Shown here piece after piece: positions 50,172 to 61,267 of a DNA stretch of 64,000 nt. Source of the DNA: Batkoa obscura (Eukaryota); NCBI GenBank assembly GCA_030770535.1, contig JASVEC010000017.1, forward strand, positions 62,001-126,000, in the 5' to 3' direction. A program made the position numbers and the translations under genes. The notes under the pieces were generated by a model. That model was not told the origin of the DNA, did not search any database, and saw nothing but the letters and a program-made list of their open reading frames with translations. The first letter of the stretch is position 1; each line of letters begins with the position of its first letter.

Positions 50172-50864
50172 ATGAGTAAAAACAATACCATGATCCTTAA
50201 AGATACCCTTGCTTTACATAAAATCAGAAAAGTGCACAAAATATTAGCTAAAACGGAAAAGGAAAAGGTAATAAAGTTAATCAAAGAAGGAGCAACCCAT
50301 CAAATGATTGCAAATATGTTTAAAGTTGAAAGGAGTACTATCACTAAATTAGCACAAAGGGCCAAAGATAACACTAAAAAGCAAGCTCATAAATCAAAAG
50401 TTAAGTGTTTTTATGAACAATTACTTAAATACTGTTTACATGAGAAAGAAGTAGCTATCAAAAAAGTAATCGGATACGCTAAGGGTTTGGTAAGCAATAT
50501 AGATATTAAAATTGATGTTGATGAATGCTTTATTATCAATTTTTTCAAAAGTAATAGCTTATATGGTTTTAATAAGTTAAAGGGTACTGAAACTTGCATT
50601 GTGAAAAGCAATGTCCCTTGTAGCTTTAAGCTAGATATGGCCATTTCAATTAATCAGAGCAATACTCTTAAGTTAGAAAATAGTTCTTTTTTTGATTTAT
50701 ATATCAATCATTATAACCAAGCATCTACAAACTTTAATGATCTTACTCAAGGTTATATAAAGTACCCCAATGTGTATCAATACACCTCCGGAATAACTAC
50801 TAGTTCCCCTTCTTTTCCAAATTACTTTGATCTTAACTTAAATTATCCTTTTACCCTATATTAA
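50172..50864 (+). CDS. CENP-B/pogo-type N-terminal HTH protein with no visible DDE domain
   Basis: LAKTEKEKVIKLIKEGATHQMIANMFKVERSTITKL resembles the CENP-B/psq HTH; a second HTH-like block IGYAKGL...FIINFFK follows; TATA-like element upstream and AATAAA downstream. Confidence 0.6.
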   Translation: MSKNNTMILKDTLALHKIRKVHKILAKTEKEKVIKLIKEGATHQMIANMFKVERSTITKLAQRAKDNTKKQAHKSKVKCFYEQLLKYCLHEKEVAIKKVIGYAKGLVSNIDIKIDVDECFIINFFKSNSLYGFNKLKGTETCIVKSNVPCSFKLDMAISINQSNTLKLENSSFFDLYINHYNQASTNFNDLTQGYIKYPNVYQYTSGITTSSPSFPNYFDLNLNYPFTLY

Positions 50865-51188
50865 TAAAATTGTAGATACTAGCTGAACTTATAAATTTTG
50901 TACTGAGATTTAGCTTTATTTATACTTAAATTTACAATAAAATTTTTATACTTAATTATACAATACAAAGCATTTCTGCTTTACATTACTAAGACATTAA
51001 AACTATACAACAATATTTAAGCTGGTATCTTTAAAGGTAACTTTTTATTTCATAATAGGAAAAATAAGTTCTTGCATAAGTTAAGTGTTTTGATGTAGTA
51101 CTTTAATCTAAATATCTTTGTTAATTTATAATTAAAGTACGATTCTTTTTATAACTAAAAACATAGTTTTTTCATAGCTCAAACTTTT

Positions 51189-52211
51189 TGAAAAAAATTC
51201 AAAGCCAAAGGGCAAATATGTTTTATTCGTTTAAAGACAATAAATGTAAGGTGGAAAGATTAGGGTGAGATAAAGTTGAAGGAGGGTCGACGCTCATAGA
51301 AACGGGCGAAAGAGGTCATAAATGAGTGCTTAAAGCCGAACATGAGAGAGGATATTAAGGACTTGATAGTGTCAGTTTTTTTACACACAAACCCAGCAAT
51401 ATGGAAGCGGAGCTCAGTAAATAAAAGATGCAATCAGCCAGGTGAAAGATCAGTAGGGATTGTGGATGTAGGATTAAACAAAATTTTAGTGTAGAAAGAG
51501 GCAATACCCAATGATATAGCACAGACAATGATTTCATCAAGAGTGTTTTTGTAAAAAGGTTTGTCCTTTAAGAGTTATGTAAGGTTGTCAAGGTGTCTTA
51601 GTTGGGGAGGGAATAGTTGGAACAAGGAGCCCCACATTGAGATCTACAGACGAGATGCAAATGGGTGCGTAATAAATCTATGATCTAATGTTTGTTTTAC
51701 CTCTAGGCATAGTATATACCCGCTATGAGCTTGAAGAAAGGAATGTATGCGTTGTGAGCCAGACACCTACACACCGTTGTGAGCTGATCAGAGACGGGAT
51801 TCCAACTTGAGAGATATCTGCTAATTAATCCTAACAAATGCTATGAGAGAGACTGCTTTAAGTTGAGGGGGGTTCGACACCCGATATAGTTTTTTATTGG
51901 CAAGATCTACTAATTTGCCCCTAGGTTTCTGGAGATGAAATAAGGGTAAGAAATTATTCCAGAAGCTTTTCAGAGTGAATAAAAAAGTAGTAGGTGGAAA
52001 AATACCAAAGATTTCGTAATCTAATGGGTCCGTATTGAAGATGAATGGGTTGATAGGCAGGGTAGTATAGGCAATCACTTATTTAGCATAAGTTTGTCAA
52101 ATACCAGTTGGACGGGAGTCCAAAAATTTGAATTGTTTGGACAAAAGACAAGGATTTATTATTGAAACGTTGAGTAGATCAACGGCCCCTTTGTCCTTAG
52201 GAGTGCATAGC
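51189..52211 (-). mobile_element. 5'-truncated, decayed non-LTR retrotransposon (L1/Tx1-like ORF2 3' end)
   Basis: Minus strand reads LCTPKDKGAVDLLNVSIINPCLLSK (post-RT C.PK..GG.G..N motif) and YILCLEVKQTLDHRFITHPFASRL* (zf-RVT-like). Flanked by direct repeats ttcatagctcaaactttt (51171-51188) and ttcatagctcaagctttt (52212-52229). Confidence 0.8.
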
Positions 52212-52513
52212 TTCATAGCTCAAGCTTTTAAATATTTTTATTTTCGTGTTTTCCTATATGCTCCTTACTAGAAAAAGCTAAATAAAACCCAAAAGCTTAA
52301 AAGATATATTGGTATTTATTCAATTAATAAAAAATTAAAAATCATGACTATACTCAACCTTAAATAAGTGATAAAAGGAAATAATAAAGGCTTTTTAGTT
52401 AACTTTGTTGATTTGACTTTTGACATTAAAATACTAAATTATAATTAAAGTGAGAATTTATTTACTATATCAAAGTCTATGGATAGGCACTATTAATAGA
52501 AAGGTTAGTATAA

Positions 52514-54021
52514 CTAAAGCCCAGTTCCATATGGATTAGTGTAATTGATCCATTTAGCGGACTAAACAAGGTTTTCATGCATCCATTTAAATGAGTTAGC
52601 AATTTTAGTTGCTATGTGGTTTTCATCTTCAAAATAAACAAATCTAGATGTAATCCCTTTACATTGAAGATGAGTAAAAATACTAATTCCTTCAGATTCA
52701 ACAATACGATAATCCTTCCCACCATGAATAGTTAAAGTAGGGGTCTTCCAGTTTTGAGCAAAATTTGAAGAAGAGAACCTTTCAGCAATTTCTTTAACCT
52801 TTTTGGACCATCCTACGCCTCTAAATTCATTTTCTATAAAGTAAAGCTCTTCAGTGCTTTAAAATTTGCTGGGAATACTGAAGGGACCATCGTAGGTAAT
52901 CAAAGCTTTAAAACAATCGGTATGACCATTGATGTAGTTCATCATAAAGCCACCATATGAAGCTCCCCAAGAAATAACTTTATTGCCATATAAATATTTA
53001 TATTTAGCAAGGGCGTAATCAAAACCCTTGATTAAATCTTCAAATGGATACGTACCCCAATTCTGGAGGATAGATTGAGTAAATTTATTGCCTCAACCTG
53101 ATGAGCCATGAAAACTAGTAGAAATAACCACATAAATAGCATTAGCAAGGACTTGATAGTTCCAACGAGTTGACCAATTGTTATTAAAGGAAGATTCTGG
53201 TTCACTATGTACCCAAAACATAACTGGGTATTTCTTCTTTGGGTCAAAGCCTGGTGGTTTAATTAAGAAATCTTGAACTCTTTCTTTTAAGGCACCAATA
53301 AAGTAGAAAGGTTCATAGTTATCAAATTTAAATTTAAAAATTTGACGTTGATACTGGAAACAAGTCTAAGATCATTATCATTGTTATTTAGAGAATAAAT
53401 TCCATGTGGGCTTTTAGTTGATGCCTTGGAAACCAAAAATTTATCTTCATATTCAGTTAACAAGCTAGTAGTCCCAGTTTTTACAATAGCTTTATATCCA
53501 CGAGTTTTAATATAAAATTTATGAAGTTTATTATGGTCGTCGTCAGCTAAAGTAAGATAAAGGTAGTTGTTATTTTTTGAGAAAATAAATTTACCAGCAT
53601 TAAAATTATACTGCACCTCGTTAACCTCTTCATAAGTAAAGTTAGTAAGTTGCTTAAGAGATTTAGAACCAATATTTAGGTCTAAGATCCATAAATTTTG
53701 AGTTCCAGAACCGGAAGAAACAAAGGCTACATGGTCCTTTCTAATAGAACATTGGAGAAATTGTTGCTAGTCAACGAAGTAATATCGCTAACTTTTCCAG
53801 TGGCACTTCTAAAAGATTGATTTTATGACTTTTTTTATTGGTTTTAATATTGCAAATCGTAGTTGAATAAACTACTTTATCCCTTCTAACGATGCGACAA
53901 ATAGACCTGGGCGGGGCATAGTTGCTAAATCAGTTGGAGTAAAAGGTTTTATATTAGCTGACGCTCTAGGACAGCTAACTAAAGCAACAATAAATAAAAC
54001 AAGATAATATTTAAAATTCAT
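52514..54021 (-). pseudogene. Dipeptidyl-peptidase V pseudogene (paralog of 32645-34708)
   Basis: MNFKYYLVLF...PFTPTDLATMPRP; YKAIVKTGTTSLL; WGASYGGFMMN; SAKWINYT; multiple frameshifts and stops; about 550 bp shorter than the intact copy. Confidence 0.9.
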
Positions 54022-54726
54022 TGTGTAAATTAGTTAAACTAAATCATTTATCTCAAAAACTATATTGAAAAAAACAAAAAGGTAATTTACTTTACAAAAG
54101 CTCGACTTGGTGTATCTCCTCTTTTTTATAGCATTTAGTTTCTACAATTTTATCGAATAAACAAAGTGATCACGAGTACAATATGAGTTGAATTTCTTGG
54201 TTTATTCTACTTCCCACAGATTTCTTTACTAATAATAAAGATCTCAATAAAATTTAAGTTTTCAATGATAGCAATATCGTAGTACCTTAATTTCTTGAGA
54301 TTCTACTAGTTTGATTAAACGTAAGCAATAATTCATTAATAAAATCAAGATACAGGAATTAAAAAATAGTAATACGAATCAAATTGTAATTACTTTGATA
54401 AGATGCTATAACTTTTTGTAACTCCAAGAATTTTTTTTAAAAGAAATGACAGATTTGTGGAAATATGCATTTTTTAAAGTGATGTGGGGGGCTTCAATAG
54501 CCTTGGCATAAAACCTACATTTACATTACATTAATACTATATAGTATAGTTTAGTTTACTTCCACATTTTATAATAAGACTATGATTTTTGTAGTGCCCC
54601 AAAACATTAATTGGTTAGAGATTTCTAATAAGTTATTTATTAATTAGTACATAATTTAATTTACTGATTTTTTATATTTCACAAGTCTTTTCACTTTTTC
54701 AGGACAAATTTGCTTGAACATATATA

Positions 54727-54826
54727 TAGGGATGTATTTTTTTTAAGAATTTTATTAACAATTTTTCTGCTCAAATAGCGCTTAAAAGATGGAAAAAGTA
54801 ATGAAGTAAAAAAAAAAACACCCCCA
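54727..54826 (+). mobile_element. MITE-like family A, copy 10
   Basis: (ta)n|tagggatgtatttt...aaatagcgcttaaaagatggaaaaag...aaaacaccccca|(ta)n; sits inside a TA run. Confidence 0.85.
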
Positions 54827-55499
54827 TATATATATACTTGAATATCAAATTATTACATAATCACAAGATTTTTGTAAGAAATTTTTGTAACTCTCAATTT
54901 CAAGTATTTTATGAGTGATGATAAAGCATAGCGGTGTTTTAAAATTCTTTATTTAATATTAAAAACAATAAAGAATTTAATCAAAAGTTAAATAATTGAT
55001 TTTCTTAGGTTACGTTGAAATATTTTTTAATTTCGCGACTTAGTTAAAAAGGGTGATTTGAGACTCTATAAACACCTTTCAATTTAGAGCTAAATAATTT
55101 ACAATAGAGATATCCTGCTTAAACCTTTAACAATACTACATTATTACAGTTAAATCCTTAGTTTAAGATCAAATAAATCTATAAACTAAATATGAACGTT
55201 TTATTTATCAATCTAAAAACATCGTATGATTAACAAGCTACTTTAATATAATAATTTTAAATAAATATAAGGACCCCAATTTAGAACTGTCACTAATCAA
55301 TCAATTCAGTTATTGATAGATTTTATTTTTATATAATTATGCATCAACAAATACAGACTTTAAATTAAAATTAAAAATATTACAGTTAGCTTGGTTATTA
55401 AAAACGAAAAATAGCTAATTTTAAATGTTTATTGTTATCAAAACATGAACTTATCTAAAGCTTTAAGATTTACCTTCACTTCATTGTTGGATTATCAAA

Positions 55500-56225
55500 C
55501 TATTCGGAGCCCTTAGACTTAGCAATTAAATCTTGGTTAGCAATATCAATAGCTTGAGTAAGCTCTACTAATTTATCCCAGTCAATCACGACTTCAGATA
55601 ACTCATCGACTTTTCCATCATGATCTTTGTCATCAATTAAAAAGGCTTGACAAGCTAACTTATAGCCTTTTTGAATTTCTTCAAGCACTCTTCCTTCAAA
55701 CACAATAGCAGTTGGATCATTCTTAACAATATCATCTTGCTTTTCTGGATGTACTAAATGAGTGATAGAATATAAGTATTCTCTAGCTTGGAAAAGTTTT
55801 GGACCGTTGAGCTTAATAGGGCTTGGCTTTTGAGGGTTCTCTGGTTTTAATATTTCAAAGACAGTTTTCAAGCCTTTGATACCTTCTTCGAGCTGTTGTG
55901 GAGTAAGGTAAATGGCACTTGGATCTGTGCTTTTATAAGTTTCAGGTTTACTAGACCCTTCAGTAATATCAAACATACCAGGCCATTTATCACATTGTTT
56001 ACCTGACTTATATTCATAGCAATCATATTTACCACCGTTTTCAATCCAGCATGGTGGGACTTTAGCATCAGTTTTATTAACCCAGCCATACTTCAAGTTA
56101 TTGGCTTTGAGGCATTTATTAACATCTGGTTTTGAAGCTTCTCTGCGGCCTAAAGGCTGAGCTGAAATAGACTCAATTAAAGTCAAAGCAATGACGAAAG
56201 AGGTACAAGCAAAAGTAGATTTCAT
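55500..56225 (-). CDS. Secreted protein of unknown function with an N-terminal 4-Cys module
   Basis: Signal peptide MKSTFACTSFVIALTLIESISA, RR site, module C..YGW...PPCW...YDCY...CDKW; intronless 241-aa ORF. Confidence 0.8.
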   Translation of the reverse strand: MKSTFACTSFVIALTLIESISAQPLGRREASKPDVNKCLKANNLKYGWVNKTDAKVPPCWIENGGKYDCYEYKSGKQCDKWPGMFDITEGSSKPETYKSTDPSAIYLTPQQLEEGIKGLKTVFEILKPENPQKPSPIKLNGPKLFQAREYLYSITHLVHPEKQDDIVKNDPTAIVFEGRVLEEIQKGYKLACQAFLIDDKDHDGKVDELSEVVIDWDKLVELTQAIDIANQDLIAKSKGSE

Positions 56226-57665
56226 TGTAATTATGTATTTAACTATCGAAGTTTTAATTATTGTAATTTGTTTAATCCGATTTCCTTACTTTTTATACTT
56301 TTTGTTTCCTTATCTTACTTTGGTTGCAATCATTGCTGCTGTTATATGGTAAGCATTGGTTATATTAAAAACTAATTAGATATTTTTTAAATGACAGCAA
56401 ATAGCAGCCTTTTGTTCTTAAGATATTTTTTGGTTCCATCAAATATACTTCACTGCTAAAAGTTTCTAAATTTGCAAATATTTAATTTGCTGGGTTCTAA
56501 TATTATATACATGAACAAAAGAACATAATTAGAGGAACATAATTGCTTTCTATTCAAATGACCTTATTAAGTATATCAAGACAAAAAGTTCTTATACTGT
56601 ATACCTTATGGCTTTGTTTAGCATTTTGCTTAAGTATCCATGGCATTGTATTATTTTTGTCAAAATATTTGAAATCAACGAATTTTGGCTGCTATACTTT
56701 AATGTTAATTTGAAACAATCATTGTTCTAGGGCTAGATTAACCAATTATCAAAATAGTGAAAAAGCTTTTGTTTTGTGGCTCATCCATCTTTTTACCAGC
56801 TATATTTATGTTATTCGTCCTTAACCCGTTTAGGAGCTTGTTACTCTTTCAGGAATTTACTAAAAAACGGCACATCCTTTAGCCGCGATTAGGCAATAAA
56901 ATTATAAACCCAGAGAAGATGATATCTAAGTATCCTTGAGTAAGAGAGTTTTCATATATTGCAGATAAACCAACAGCTATTTGTCATCAATCTTTATTTA
57001 TCCATGTTTTAAAAATAAGCTTTAATATCATTTAGTTATAAAAATATAGTTTATTATATTTATCTAAAGATAAATGAATCAATACGAATTTTAAAATATC
57101 AAATTTACAAAAACTCATTACAACTAATTCACAATTAATTCCTCTCACATTTTATTATAATAGTGTCAACTAGTTAACTTACTCTACAATATCATTTTAG
57201 TGTTGATAAATAGGAATATCTTTTTCAGCGTTTTGACCATTTTTTCAATCTACCTAAAGTTCAATAAGGATCTTTAGCTAAATCCTTAAAATACTTCTCA
57301 CATTTTTTATTTATACTAAAGCTTCATAATTGAGCTATTACATATTGGGTTTTGTAATACACTTTATATAGAATCCCCATTTCCGTACATTATACTTATT
57401 CAAATAAAAAACATATTCTAGTATTTTAAGATTTACCTTTACCTTTATATTTACATTATAATCATTTTAACTAAATAGCATAGAACAATAGAAAGACTAG
57501 CATAAATTTTTAATGACGTTTCAAAGTGGAAATTAAAAAACTGGGGGAAAAAAAGTAATAGCCAATGAGCCAAAGCTTATAACATATTAAAATGGAGATT
57601 AAAGTATAAAAGATTAAACAGATCAAATTAAAAAGTATTATTTCTTTAGAATAAACATTTAAAAA

Positions 57666-58802
57666 ATGATCAATTTGCGTCGAAATAACATATACATAAT
57701 AATATTGATCATAGTAATGACCATAAGCGTGTATCTGATCTTTAACACAAGCAATAAAAAGGCAGGAAAAGAGATCCTAAGTCAATTGAACATCCAACCG
57801 GAAGTAGCCAACTATAAACAGGTAGAAGGGTTAAAGCAGATAATTCATTTTAATAGCACAGAGAAAGAAAATGCGTGCTTTTTAATTTTGATCCGTAACA
57901 AAGAATTGAAAGATTTTAAACGTAGTATGAAACAGTTGGAAGATAGGTTCAATAAACATTATAATTATCCATATGTGTTTTTAAACGATGTCCCATTTAC
58001 GTCCGACTTCAAAGAGCAGGTTCAAGCGTTAACGAGTGCTGAAGTAGAGTTTGGTTTAATTCCAAAAGAACATTGGAGTATTCCTTCCTTTATTAATGAA
58101 ACAAAAGCAAAACAGAGCTGGGAACAGATGGCTTCGGATGGAGTATTATATGGAGGTTCTGAATCTTATCGTCACATGTGTCGCTTTGAATCTGGCTTCT
58201 TTTATCGCCATGAATTAGTACAAAAATACGATTATTATTGGCGAGTAGAACCAGAAGTTCAGTTTTCTTGCGATTTGCAATTTGATCCATTTCGTTATAT
58301 GAGGGAGAATAATAAGCTATATGGGTTCACGATTGCACTTTATGAGTTTGAACAGACGATACCTACCTTATGGAAAACAGTAAATGAATGGATTAAGAAG
58401 TTTGATATTAAACTACCTAAAGATAATGGCATGCCGTTTATTTCGGATGATAAGGGAGAAACCTATAACCTGTGCCATTTCTGGACTAACTTTGAAATTG
58501 CTTCCTTTGATTTATGGAGAGACAAACAATATTTGGATTATTTCACTTATTTGGATCAATCTGGCGGCTTCTTTTATGAACGTTGGGGAGATGCCCCTGT
58601 TCATTCTATTTATGCGGCGCTTACGTTGCCAAAAGATAAAATTCACTTTTTTAATGAGATTGGATACTTTCATTCCCCCTTCACACATTGTCCAATCCAA
58701 AGTGAGTTAAATAAGTTTTGTCATTGTGATGTGAATGATAACTTTGATAACGAGGATTATTCATGCACTAAAAAATGGATAGAAATTACCCAAGTTGATT
58801 AG
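57666..58802 (+). CDS. GT15 alpha-1,2-mannosyltransferase (KRE2/MNT1/KTR family)
   Basis: N-terminal TM; LEDRFN..YNYPYVFLND, SYRHMCRFESGFF, YDYYWRVEP, YNLCHFWTNFEI, GGFFYERWGDAPVHS. Confidence 0.96.
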   Translation: MINLRRNNIYIIILIIVMTISVYLIFNTSNKKAGKEILSQLNIQPEVANYKQVEGLKQIIHFNSTEKENACFLILIRNKELKDFKRSMKQLEDRFNKHYNYPYVFLNDVPFTSDFKEQVQALTSAEVEFGLIPKEHWSIPSFINETKAKQSWEQMASDGVLYGGSESYRHMCRFESGFFYRHELVQKYDYYWRVEPEVQFSCDLQFDPFRYMRENNKLYGFTIALYEFEQTIPTLWKTVNEWIKKFDIKLPKDNGMPFISDDKGETYNLCHFWTNFEIASFDLWRDKQYLDYFTYLDQSGGFFYERWGDAPVHSIYAALTLPKDKIHFFNEIGYFHSPFTHCPIQSELNKFCHCDVNDNFDNEDYSCTKKWIEITQVD

Positions 58803-59469
58803 ACTTTACTATTAGATCTTAGTTAAAATTATTTATATTCGTTAAATAAATATTATCATAACGTGACATTACTCTTTAGGTGTTTTTTGTTGATATTGAG
58901 ATTGATTGTATTGAGCTATTCAAACATTTCTCAAAAATTCAGATTTTAAAGCATGATTCAAATATTAAATAATACAAAAATATGAATTTATTTGATGATA
59001 TTGTAGCATTTTTAGATAACTATATAGTTTTTTGTATATCTAAAACTTTGAAAACACTAATTATTTAATAAGTTAAATTAATGAATAAACAAAATATTGA
59101 AAATTAAAAACTTTAAATATTATTATTTAAAAGATGACTCTCAGAAATCGTAATTAATTTTTTAATAAAAATGTTATTTGATTTAAACCAATTGATTTGA
59201 AAATACAAACGCTAATTTAAACAGCTAATTCAATCGAATTTGGACATTTATTATCAAAAAAATGAATTATATTCAAATAATATTTTGTTAAAAAATCAAT
59301 TTTCAAATATTTAATTTAGCTTAATTTAAAGAATAGTTGCCCATTAAAGCCAACTTCAATTATCTCAAATCCTAAAAATTAAAGCCCAAAAAATATTTCG
59401 AAATTAACAACTCAATAACCAAATAATTAAAAACACTTAAATGAATCAAACAATTTAAATATTAAAAAT

Positions 59470-61153
59470 CTATTTTTTATTTCTATTAGGCAATGGATTA
59501 TCATTCAAATACATAGCAGCAAACCGTTTAGCTTCAGCCACCTTATTGAGCTGTTCGATAACAGCATCTTCTTCCACCGGATATTCGTTCATTTTGATAC
59601 CAATCTCTCCTTCAATGGCTTGTACAATCTTAATATCTCTTTCAGTAACCAGAGATAAAGCCAGACCACCTCTACCAGCACGAGCAGTACGTCCTACACG
59701 ATGAATGTAATCCACTGGGTCCCTAGGTAAGTCTAAGTTGATCACTAGTTGTACCTTGGGGATATCCAAACCTCTACTGGCCACATCGGTACATACTAAG
59801 ATCTTGGTATGATTTGCCTTAAACCTAGCCAAAGAATTCATGCGATCCATCTGTTTCATAGCAGAGTGTAAGGCGGTGCAAGGGATCTCTAATTTATTCA
59901 ATAAAATTTTAATAAGCTCACAGGTGTGGCATTTATTGACAAAAATAATCATTGACTTCTCAATCTCTAAATTGATCAACTGGTATAAATAGGCCTCCTT
60001 AACATACCCTGGTAAAAAAATATATTTCTGTTCCAATTGTTCAACTGTACTCTGGTCGCTCTTAATCAAATAGACGAATTTTTCTTTATTGTTTTTGTTA
60101 ATTAAGTTCATCACTTGTTCTGTCATGGTGGCCGTAAACAACAGCGTTTGCCTCTTTTTTGGCAAAGCATCAAAAATTACTTTTAAATCTCTACCAAATG
60201 TTGGTTGGAGTAAACGATCCGCTTCATCTAACACAAGAGTATTTAACTTACTCAAATTCAACACATCAAAACTAGAATTGATGATATCCGCCAACCTTCC
60301 AGGCGTGGCAATAACAATATGTGGTCTTCTCTTTAACTCTAATGTTTGTTGAAGCATATCCATACCTCCTACAATTACACTATACTTCAAATTAATCCCT
60401 TCACCAAACCCTGCTAATTGTTCTGCTATCTGTAATGCCAGCTCTCTTGTTGGCGTCAATATTAAACCAAAAATCCCATATGGCTCTAAGGCTAGTTTAT
60501 GTAACATTGGTAGCCCAAAAGCGGCTGTTTTTCCAGAACCTGTTTTGGCACTGCCAATGACATCTTTACCTAATAGAATTAATAAAACTTCAAATCAATT
60601 TGATAAAAAAGAGCTTACCTTTTAATATTTCAGGGATACAATTGACTTGAATTTCAGTTGGTTCTTGAATACCCAATTTTTTGACACTTTCAATCAACCA
60701 TGAGTTAAGTCCTAGATCTTTGAAATTTTTGCTTTTTGTGATGGGCTGTTTTTTAGCTTCTATCTGCGTATCTCGGGTTGTTTCTTCTTTAGGTTTATCA
60801 TCTAATGATTCTTCTGCCCCTCCATCTCTTGAACCTTCTGCTCTTGCTTCTGAATCGCCCGAGTTTTCTTCTAAATCCTGTTCAATTTCTTCTTCTTCTG
60901 AACCTTTTATTTCTTCGTCCTCTGAGTTCTCATCTATTTCTTTGTCCGAATCCTCTTCCATTTCTGAATATTTTTCATCTTTTTCCTCACTCGAGTGTTC
61001 TCTTATTTGTACTATATCCTTTTTGTCTGCTTTTTTAGTATCAATTTTCTCTATCTTGTTATCATTATTTGCTGATACCAGTTTAGCTTTTTTATTCTTA
61101 TCAAATTGATTTAAAGTCTTATTGTTATTCACTTTCTTTTTATTTAAAGCCAT
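59470..61153 (-). CDS. DBP8: DEAD-box RNA helicase Dbp8/DDX49 (2 exons)
   Basis: Q motif PTEIQ; intron about 60618-60570; AKTGSGKT, PTRELA, DEAD, variant motif III TAT, RGLDIP, YIHRVGRTARAGR. Confidence 0.9.
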
Positions 61154-61267
61154 GATAAATTATAAAAAATAAAGAAAAAGACAAAAAAATAAACCTCCAA
61201 AAAAATCCATTTTTATTCGTTATTAATTTCTCATAAAATCTTGATTTAAAGGATTAATTTTTAATTT

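Noticed and set aside
60681..61109. Ser-rich + strand ORF, and other antisense ORFs inside the GH3, GT15, DBP8 and Era genes
   Set aside because: Antisense shadows of well-supported genes.
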